Assembly (NCBI GenBank): GCA_047603125.1 | Contig: JBLKOU010000002.1 | Span: forward strand, 1 to 60,489 | DNA length: 60,489 bases | Direction: 5' to 3' | Source of the DNA: Candidatus Woesearchaeota archaeon | GTDB taxonomy: Archaea; Nanobdellota; Nanobdellia; Woesearchaeales; DATGWN01 | Shown here: positions 48,700-55,786 of the stretch, piece after piece | Layout: each line of letters begins with the position of its first letter | Numbering within the stretch: position 1 is the first letter of the stretch | Notes under the pieces: generated by a model | Database searches by the model: none | The model's input: only the letters and a program-made list of their open reading frames with translations | What the model was told of the DNA's origin: nothing | Made by a program: the position numbers and the translations under genes

Positions 48700-49718
48700 A
48701 TAAACAGGGTTTTATTGCAATTTCATTTCATTGGTTATTTATCGCCTTAATTGGTGGTTTTTTACTGTTCTTTTTCTTTAACCTTGTCTCTACTGGTGTT
48801 GATGTTGCACAGAATCAACAAAGCATTCAATTAGTAACAAATTTGGAAACATTATTTAGTGCATTTGCACAAAACGAACATACGGATGGGCCGATTTCTA
48901 TAGGGGAGAGAACACAATTGACGCTGAGTTGTGATTTTATCGGTGAAGGTGTTGCATCCAACTTTCGTGCAAATCGCGGTATTGATTTATCACTGAATAA
49001 TCTGGTTATTTATTCACCTGTTGAGCTTGAAGGTCCTACGATTTATGCAAAAACCATTCCGGCAAATATGCCATTTTATGTTGGTTCAGTGTTGTTATTA
49101 GTTGATACGCGAACAAAGTTTTATTTTGAGGGTTTTTCTGAGGATGAGTTTGCGTATTTAGTAGATGCACTGCCGCGTGGTGCTTTGGTTGAAAATTGGA
49201 CTGATTCAATTAATGATCGAGGTATGAATACGATTGTTGTGGTGAGCAAAAATGGTTTTTCAGGTGACCTCCCTTCTCGAAGAGGATTGACGGTGCGAAA
49301 TATTACCTTGGTTCCTGGAAGTTCAATTGACCAGGAAGGAACAATTCGCTATGGGGATGCGGATTCCCATAAATATATTGGAGAAGCAATGCTTTTAGGT
49401 GCGCTGGTTTCGGATGAAAATACATTTTTATGTAATACATTCAAACTCATGCAAACTTTTTCTCGTGTGTCGCAAGTGATGTCGCTTCGAGCGGGTGAAG
49501 TTCAACTTGAGCAATATACAAGTTCAGAGGCATGTCGAACAACGCAAAGTCAAATTGGTTTAGCTATTAGTCGCGTACGCTCTGAAATGAGCCCACTGAC
49601 GGTTTCTAAATATAGGGATAATTATGCGACTATAATGGGTGAGCTTCAAAATGAATTTCCCAGCATTAGAGCATTGAACAGAGAACTTGTCGAACGATCA
49701 TGCCCGGTGGTGTACTAA
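48696..49718 (+). CDS. Prepilin-like (class III signal peptide) protein 2 (340 aa)
   Basis: ATGA overlap with the previous gene. N-terminus MNKQGFIAISFHWLFIALIGGFLLFFFF. Confidence 0.7.
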   Translation: MNKQGFIAISFHWLFIALIGGFLLFFFFNLVSTGVDVAQNQQSIQLVTNLETLFSAFAQNEHTDGPISIGERTQLTLSCDFIGEGVASNFRANRGIDLSLNNLVIYSPVELEGPTIYAKTIPANMPFYVGSVLLLVDTRTKFYFEGFSEDEFAYLVDALPRGALVENWTDSINDRGMNTIVVVSKNGFSGDLPSRRGLTVRNITLVPGSSIDQEGTIRYGDADSHKYIGEAMLLGALVSDENTFLCNTFKLMQTFSRVSQVMSLRAGEVQLEQYTSSEACRTTQSQIGLAISRVRSEMSPLTVSKYRDNYATIMGELQNEFPSIRALNRELVERSCPVVY

Positions 49719-50206
49719 TGAAAAAAGCACAAATTCGCATGTTTGAAAGTATTGCAGTGTTGATTTTATTCTTTTTTCTTGTTGCAATCGGGCTTGGCTT
49801 TTATGGGAATATTCAACAAGCGCAGATGGAGCAGTCCCGTGATCAATTATTGAATTTACGAACAATAAAAATTGCAAACATGGTTGCGGGTATGCCTGAG
49901 CTTTCTTGCACTCAAGAAGGTGTCAAGACAAGTGCGTGTGTTGATTTTATAAAAGCAGAGCAAATGGCAAGTACTCCTTTTCAAGCTACACTTTTAGATT
50001 ACATCGAGTTTGATAATGCGAAAATAGAATTGTATGAGTTTATAGAAGATGATTTTGAACCCGTTGTAACCATTTTAGACCGGGCACCTACAGAATTTCG
50101 AGCTGCGATACCTTCGCGCGTTCCTGTAACAATTTATCGACCGGTTCCTGGAAGCTCACATGGGACATATGACTTTGGATATTTGGAGGTGACAACATAC
50201 CGATGA
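49718..50206 (+). CDS. Prepilin-like (class III signal peptide) protein 3
   Basis: TAATG overlap. N-terminus MKKAQIRMFESIAVLILFFFLVAIGLGF. The ORF-track start at 49700 is an alternative. Confidence 0.7.
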   Translation: MKKAQIRMFESIAVLILFFFLVAIGLGFYGNIQQAQMEQSRDQLLNLRTIKIANMVAGMPELSCTQEGVKTSACVDFIKAEQMASTPFQATLLDYIEFDNAKIELYEFIEDDFEPVVTILDRAPTEFRAAIPSRVPVTIYRPVPGSSHGTYDFGYLEVTTYR

Positions 50207-50700
50207 AGGCACAATCAGAATTATTGGGTTTTGTTATTGTGGTTTTGCTTATGTCAGTTGGCATGCTTTTTGTTTTAGGGTTTTATGTGTTTAGTGAGCC
50301 GTCCCAAGATAGAGAAATTTTTTCAGACAGACAAATTTCAACGATGCTCAACGCCGCGATATTACAAACATCAACAACATGTTACTCACTACCTTTGCGC
50401 GATTTAGTAGTAGACAGCCAACGACCGACTCAGTCTATAAATTGTCCAAATTCAGACGGGGTTTCCACTCCTAGTCTAGAATATGCTAAAACAAAAATTG
50501 AACAATTACTTAATGCAACTTTGGATGTCTGGGATGTTGATTATGAATATAGAGCGTATAGGGTACAAGGGGACGAAGAGCAAGGAAATCCTATAGAACT
50601 GAACAGAGGCGCATGTCGAGGAAAAGAACAAGTACCAAATACATTACTTTTACCCATACCTCCTTCTGGAACTGTGTATTCTGTATTGACAGTGTGTTAA
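50203..50700 (+). CDS. Prepilin-like (class III signal peptide) protein 4
   Basis: ATGA overlap. N-terminus MKAQSELLGFVIVVLLMSVGMLFVLGF. Confidence 0.7.
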   Translation: MKAQSELLGFVIVVLLMSVGMLFVLGFYVFSEPSQDREIFSDRQISTMLNAAILQTSTTCYSLPLRDLVVDSQRPTQSINCPNSDGVSTPSLEYAKTKIEQLLNATLDVWDVDYEYRAYRVQGDEEQGNPIELNRGACRGKEQVPNTLLLPIPPSGTVYSVLTVC

Positions 50701-50730
50701 TGATTTAGGAAACAGTCAAAACACATTTAA

Positions 50731-51273
50731 ATTCAGACAGAGAGCTTATGCTTTATAGAACAAGAATTAGAGCGAACATATTTAGCAAAGTATCTGCCTT
50801 CTCTAGAGAATGTCCCATTTACAATTCTTTGTGATCGGTATATTCCCGTTTCTAGCAAGCACCCAGTCTTGCGTATACGAAAAAAAGGAGATACGCATGT
50901 TATCACAAAAAAGTATCCAAAAGTAGACGGAGATAATTCTGTAATGGTTGAGGAGACCATAAAATTAAGTGAGTCTGAATATGAGAGTTTGCAAGCTTTA
51001 GATGCAAAGAGTTTTTTAAAAAAACGATACAAGTATGAATTTTCACCCAAGCACTTTTGTGAAATTGATGTCTATCAAGAGCGTCTACTTGGACTGGTAG
51101 TTATTGATTTTGAATTTTCATCTTTGCAAGAAAAAGAAGCGTTTATTCCTCCTGATTTTTGTTTAGTAGAAGTTACAAACAAACCATTTTTGGCTGGTGG
51201 GATGCTTTGCGGGAAATCTTATGAACAATTAGTAGAGCAATTAGATAGTTTAGGTTATAAAAAAATTGTTTAG
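50731..51273 (+). CDS. CYTH-domain protein (CyaB/ThTPase-like); 5' end lacks a canonical in-frame start
   Basis: The frame of ORF 50869..51273 stays open back to 50731 and encodes IEQELERTYLAKYLP, which matches the CYTH ExExK-type N-terminal strand. The only ATG (50748) is one frame off, next to a ttt run. Confidence 0.65.
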   Translation: MQTESLCFIEQELERTYLAKYLPSLENVPFTILCDRYIPVSSKHPVLRIRKKGDTHVITKKYPKVDGDNSVMVEETIKLSESEYESLQALDAKSFLKKRYKYEFSPKHFCEIDVYQERLLGLVVIDFEFSSLQEKEAFIPPDFCLVEVTNKPFLAGGMLCGKSYEQLVEQLDSLGYKKIV

Positions 51274-51355
51274 AATATAGGCTTTTTCAAAAAAAGCACG
51301 CAGATTTTACTACAAAGTGTCCTTTTTTCTTTATCAGATGAACTCTAAAAACACA

Positions 51356-51925
51356 TCACTCTTCTTTTTTGAATTTGTCAGTAATGCGATTGAGTTCTTG
51401 AATGTTTTCTGTAAAAGTTGGCAGAATCTTAGAAAACGCTTTTTCCATAGCCTGTAATTGACTTCCAACAGCAAGGACATTCTTATCATAATCACCAACT
51501 TTTCCAATAACGGCTTTTTGTAGATTATTATACTCTTCCTTTAAATCTTTGAATTCTTGATCAAACTTTGCCAGGCGCTGTTCAGTATTGTCCTTCCATG
51601 TATAGAGTTTTGTCAAGTCTTTTTGAATATCGTTCCATTTCTCATGAATAATCGCTTCAATAAGCTGTTCAATCTCTTCTGCCTCATCCACACCTTGTTG
51701 TTGGGGCATTTGTGCTCCTGGTGGCGGAGGCATACCTGAAATACCTTGTGGTTGAAGTCCCATTGGGTTTTGCATATCCATTTTTTGTACCTCTTTTGCG
51801 ATTGAATACAGCTCAAAATCGCTGCTTATTTGCGACAATGATGCGCCATCACGCTGAAGTGTTTGCGTTATTTGTAATGAATTTAAGCCCTGTTTGGCTA
51901 ATTCTTGTATTATATATATACTCAT
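51356..51925 (-). CDS. Coiled-coil protein with a Pro/Gln-rich linker (GMPPPPG)
   Basis: 189-aa ORF with a small N-terminal helical domain, a P/Q linker and a long heptad-like C-terminal region. Confidence 0.6.
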   Translation of the reverse strand: MSIYIIQELAKQGLNSLQITQTLQRDGASLSQISSDFELYSIAKEVQKMDMQNPMGLQPQGISGMPPPPGAQMPQQQGVDEAEEIEQLIEAIIHEKWNDIQKDLTKLYTWKDNTEQRLAKFDQEFKDLKEEYNNLQKAVIGKVGDYDKNVLAVGSQLQAMEKAFSKILPTFTENIQELNRITDKFKKEE

Positions 51926-51992
51926 ACTATCAAGACTCTTTATTTAAAAATGTAGTGGGTTTTCATTCTTTTACTGGTTCGATTTTGTTTAG

Positions 51993-52003
51993 CTTTATAA
52001 ATA
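51993..52003 (+). promoter_or_regulatory. TATA box upstream of the orphan deoxyhypusine synthase 5' fragment
   Basis: ctttataaata is centred ~30 nt upstream of the ATG at 52028. Confidence 0.4.
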
Positions 52004-52027
52004 TGTATTTATTCCAGTCACTAACAC

Positions 52028-52122
52028 ATGGTATATTATCAAATAAAAAAGGCAGTTGATGTGAGCTCTCTTGCAAAAATTCAAGGGGTGGATCTTGAAA
52101 AAGCACATGATGTGCATAGTTT
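52028..52122 (+). repeat. 95-bp direct repeat, left copy: orphan duplicate of the deoxyhypusine synthase 5' end
   Basis: atggtatattatcaaataaaaaaggcagttgatgtgagctct...gatgtgcatagttt equals 53490-53584 with 2 mismatches. Here the reading frame terminates after ~37 codons. Confidence 0.85.
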
Positions 52123-52227
52123 GACGGGAATAAGTAAAAAATGAAAAAGGGAATTATTTATGTAATGATAACTGGCGTCTCTGGACTAAAAAAATGATTA
52201 AAATATATCATATTGAGAGTAATTAAG

Positions 52228-53242
52228 ATGGCTAAAAATATTAGAGATACAGAAAATACTATAATCATTTATGAAAATAACGAAGGAAAAACAACTATCT
52301 CTGTAAAAATAGACGGAGAAACAGTTTGGCTTACACAAGCGCAAATGGTGGAGTTATTTAATTCAAGTAAAGCAAATATTAGTGAACACATAAAAAATAT
52401 TTATAGTGAAGGAGAATTATTGCCAGAATCAACTGTTCGCAAATTCCGAACAGTTCAAAGAGAAGGAAATAGAGATGTTTCAAGAGAGATAGAGCACTAT
52501 AATTTAGATATGATTATTTCGCTTGGGTATCGAATCAAATCGTCAATTGCCACTCGCTTTAGACAATGGGCAACGGCTCGCTTAAAAGAATATATTGTCA
52601 AAGGCTTTTCTATTGATGACGAAAAGTTACAAAATATCGGTGGAGGGAATTACTGGAAAGAACTATTAGATAGAATACGAGATATCCGTAGTAGTGAAAA
52701 AGTATTATATCGGCAAGTTTTGGATTTATATGCTACAAGTATTGATTATAACCCGAAAAGTTCTGAATCAATTCAATTCTTTAAGACAGTACAAAATAAA
52801 CTTCATTATGCTGTAAATAAACAAACTGCTGCTGAGACTATTTATTCTCGCGCTGATGCACAAAAAGAATTTATGGGTCTTACAAACTTTCAAGGAGCGA
52901 TTCCTACAAAATCGGATATAGCTATTGCTAAAAATTATCTTGAAAAAGATGAGCTATTTAGATTAAATCGCATGGTTTCGGCTTTTTTCGATTTAGCGGA
53001 AATAAAAGCACAAGAACATGTGAAAATGTATATGAAAGATTGGGTTTTAGAACTTGATACATTTGTTGAGATATATGGTAAAGGAAAATTAGCAGGAGCA
53101 GGTCTTGTTAGTCACAGCATTAAAGAAGGCAGAAGTAGAGTATAAAAAATATCAAGTTAAAACACTTTCACCAGTTGAAAAAGATTATTTAGATACCATT
53201 AGAAATTTAGAGAAAAAAATTAAAAAGAAGGTAAAAAAGTGA
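52228..53242 (+). pseudogene. rhuM: RhuM-family protein gene with a C-terminal frameshift
   Basis: Strong RhuM pattern (VWLTQAQMVELF...NISEHIKNIY.EGEL...VRKFR.VQ.EG.R.V.R..EHYNLDMIISLGYR..S..ATRFRQWAT). The frame ends at 53145 (..VSHSIKEGRSRV*), but the family-typical tail ALKKAEVEYKKYQVKTLSPVEKDYL..* continues in another frame to 53242. Confidence 0.8.
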
Positions 53243-53385
53243 CGTGGTTAGTAATGCTAATCAGTTGAGATTGGTCGTAGAAGATGGAAAAAAGCGACTT
53301 ACAAATGTTGCAAATATTGAGTAAATTTTCAGGCTTATTAAGAGTTTATCAGGGATACCTAGCTTTCTCGTTTTCTGGGTTTGAA
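53240..53385 (+). pseudogene. Remnant of a DinD/BRO-N-like gene
   Basis: One frame reads NANQLRLVVEDGKKRLTNVANIE*IFRLIKSLSGIPSFLVFWV*. This resembles the DGKK.LTD.A....L.RLIQSIPS....F..WL segment of DinD-like proteins, but with stops and no start. Confidence 0.3.
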
Positions 53386-53456
53386 AAACCTGTGTTTTTG
53401 AATTAACTTCGAGCAGCGAACTTTTGTTATTTATGTACACACTAAGAAATGATGAA

Positions 53457-53469
53457 TATTTATAAATAA
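53457..53469 (+). promoter_or_regulatory. TATA box for the intact deoxyhypusine synthase gene (leaderless geometry)
   Basis: atatttataaata is centred ~27 nt upstream of the ATG at 53490. Confidence 0.45.
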
Positions 53470-53489
53470 CTTCGTGTTTTCTTAATCTT

Positions 53490-54485
53490 ATGGTATATTA
53501 TCAAATAAAAAAGGCAGTTGATGTGAGCTCTCTAGCAAAAATTCAAGGGATGGATCTTGAAAAAGCACATGATGTGCATAGTTTTATAGAGAGTTTTTCA
53601 ACAATGGGTCTGCAGGCAAGCGAGCTTGCAAAAGCAATTGATATTGTCACGATGATGCGCCGAGAGCAGGCAGCCATCTATCTTTCTTTTACCTCAAATA
53701 TGGTCAGTAGCGGTGTGAGAGAAGTAATAACCTACCTTGTCAAGCACAAACATATACACATTATCAGCACATCTGCAGGCGGCGTGGAAGAAGATGCACT
53801 CAAAGCATATGCGCCATTTCGATTGGGGTCTTTTTCAGTTTCGGGGGAATGGTTATTTAATCAAGGATTAAGTCGTATTGGAAATATTTACACGACAACT
53901 GACCATTATGCATATTTTGAACAATTTATGCAATCGGTGTTTGCAAAATTATACGAGCAGCAGAAAAAAACAGGTCAATGTGCAACGCCAAGTGTAATTG
54001 CACGAATGATTGGGCAAGAGCTTGAAGCACATCCTGATTTTGATCATGAACAGTCATACTTATATTGGGCATATAAACAAAACATCCCAGTGTATTGTCC
54101 GGGAATTATGGATGGTTCTATTGGAGATTTATTATACTTTTTCAAACAAAAACATCCTGACTTTCTTATTGATGTAACTGGTGATCACAAACAACTCATT
54201 GATACAACACTTTCGTTTGATAAGACGGGAGCAATTATTTTAGGTGGCGGCATTGCTAAGCACTATGTTCTTAATGCCAATATTTTTCGCGAAGGATTGG
54301 ATTATTCAGTGTATATAACCACGGCTGTTGAGTTTGATGGTTCTGATTCAGGAGGAAGTGGCCAAGAAGCGATAAGTTGGGCAAAGTTACAACTGCGCTC
54401 ACCCCATGTTCGTGTTACTTGTGATGCGTCCATTGCAGCACCTTTATTGATTTATGGTGCATTTGTTCCAAAAAAAGAAGCGTAG
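53490..54485 (+). CDS. dys: Deoxyhypusine synthase
   Basis: Characteristic SNMVSSG, TSAGGVEED, GGGIAKH and EFDGSDSG...EAISW motifs across 331 aa. Confidence 0.95.
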   Translation: MVYYQIKKAVDVSSLAKIQGMDLEKAHDVHSFIESFSTMGLQASELAKAIDIVTMMRREQAAIYLSFTSNMVSSGVREVITYLVKHKHIHIISTSAGGVEEDALKAYAPFRLGSFSVSGEWLFNQGLSRIGNIYTTTDHYAYFEQFMQSVFAKLYEQQKKTGQCATPSVIARMIGQELEAHPDFDHEQSYLYWAYKQNIPVYCPGIMDGSIGDLLYFFKQKHPDFLIDVTGDHKQLIDTTLSFDKTGAIILGGGIAKHYVLNANIFREGLDYSVYITTAVEFDGSDSGGSGQEAISWAKLQLRSPHVRVTCDASIAAPLLIYGAFVPKKEA

Positions 54486-54489
54486 ATAC

Positions 54490-55176
54490 TTACGCATGTT
54501 CGTGATGTTCTTTTAATTTATCACTGAGTTTTTGAATATTAATATTTGCAAATAATGTTTGTAATTTTGGATTGTTTTCAATGATGCGCGCGAACCCTTG
54601 TACATTTGCAACAAGAAGTTTTTCCATATCAGGATTGCTATCAAAATATGCTGCAATTTTTCTTTTTTGCTCATCGCTAATGGATGGGCTTGGCGTTTGT
54701 GGTTTTGGAGGTACTACTTGAGACTGTTCTGGTTGTTTGTGTGTTTGAGTCGGTGTACTTTGTAGGTGCTGGCGAACAATGTCTGTTGCAATGCGCTCCA
54801 CCTGTTTTTGTGTGACAAATTGCACAGGATTCCAAATTTCAATATATTTTTCAAGTGTTTTGACTTCATTTTGTTTTGCTGTTTGTTGCAATTCTTGAAT
54901 GATTTTGGTCATGTCTGATTTGATAGATTTAATTTGGCGCGCAAGTTCATCTTTTTCTTCAAAGAAGAGTTCTAAATCCTTTTTGATTTTTTTGAGATCT
55001 TCAAGCGTGTTTTGTTCGTGCAAATCCATTTTTCGACGCATATTACTTTGCACTTCTTCAACCATACGTAGCCTTCGCGAAACACTTGCCATTTGTTGAG
55101 CCATCGCAGGTGCATTTTGAGGCGGAGGCGGATTTTTTTGTCCTCCAAATGAGAGATTGAGTGAATTATTTGCCAT
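54490..55176 (-). CDS. Coiled-coil protein with Pro/Gln-rich segments
   Basis: 228-aa ORF with an N-terminal QKNPPPPQNAPAMAQQ, a long coiled coil, a second P/Q-rich linker and a small C-terminal helical domain. Confidence 0.6.
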   Translation of the reverse strand: MANNSLNLSFGGQKNPPPPQNAPAMAQQMASVSRRLRMVEEVQSNMRRKMDLHEQNTLEDLKKIKKDLELFFEEKDELARQIKSIKSDMTKIIQELQQTAKQNEVKTLEKYIEIWNPVQFVTQKQVERIATDIVRQHLQSTPTQTHKQPEQSQVVPPKPQTPSPSISDEQKRKIAAYFDSNPDMEKLLVANVQGFARIIENNPKLQTLFANINIQKLSDKLKEHHEHA

Positions 55177-55221
55177 AGGGTATGTAAGGCACGGCGTTGT
55201 TTAAAAATCTTGCTAAGAATT

Positions 55222-55350
55222 GGTTAGCGACAATAAAAAATTATAATGCCTTGGCGCATAAGTAGAATTTCGAGGAGTTGCGCGCCGGAGAAATTCGCAA
55301 GATGAACCGCTGTTCCGAAATCGCCGCATTATAATTGGAATTCGCCGTTA
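55222..55350 (+). repeat. Intergenic repeat family A, divergent copy 3
   Basis: Same length and architecture as 47-180. Shared blocks are gttagcg, ccttggcg and ctgt..gaaatcgcc. The long stem is retained through compensatory changes (ttataatgc / gcattataa versus gcataac / gttatgc). Confidence 0.6.
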
Positions 55351-55499
55351 GGTACTTAATGAGAAAAATATGTTTTTTAAACATAGAAAAAGCGAATTCT
55401 AAATGTGAAAAACACACGGATTTTCACATAATTTGCTTCTGTCTAAAACTAAATTGGTTCTTGGTGTGTTTGTGGAATTTTTATCTTCGGGTTTTTTTC

Positions 55500-55650
55500 A
55501 AAAAAGAGCACGCAGATTTGGCTCAAGAGTCCTACTTTGCGAATAGTGCGAAAATTCAACTACATCTTTTCAGATTTCCATCCTCAAGTTTGAAAGAAGC
55601 TTTCAAACAATCACCGAATTTTCTGGCTTTACTGCAAGGTGCTCTTTTTT
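55500..55650 (+). repeat. Intergenic repeat family B, copy 3
   Basis: Aligns over its full length with 16447-16595, with the same termini and central hairpin. A ~40-nt 5' fragment of the family also occurs at ~51290-51333. Confidence 0.8.
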
Positions 55651-55786
55651 CTTATGTACCGTATGAGTGTGTATATTTAGGGGTTTTCTTTCAAGTCAAA
55701 CCACACGCAATCTTTATAAATGTCGTTACGTCAAATATTTTTAAGAAAGAGGGTGTGGGTCAGGTTTTTTTGCACATAATAGAAGT

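Larger units (their letters stand above)
52123..53489. mobile_element. Degraded integrated element (RhuM gene plus DinD/BRO-like remnant) bounded by the 95-bp direct repeats
   Basis: The insert is flanked by 52028-52122 and 53490-53584. Its cargo is two island-associated genes, both disrupted. No integrase is present. Confidence 0.55.

Noticed and set aside
50733-51050. 105-aa minus-strand ORF
   Set aside because: It is antisense to the CYTH gene, whose plus-strand frame carries family motifs.
51712-52059. 115-aa plus-strand ORF
   Set aside because: It is mostly antisense to the coiled-coil gene 51356..51925 and runs through promoter sequence. No motifs were seen.
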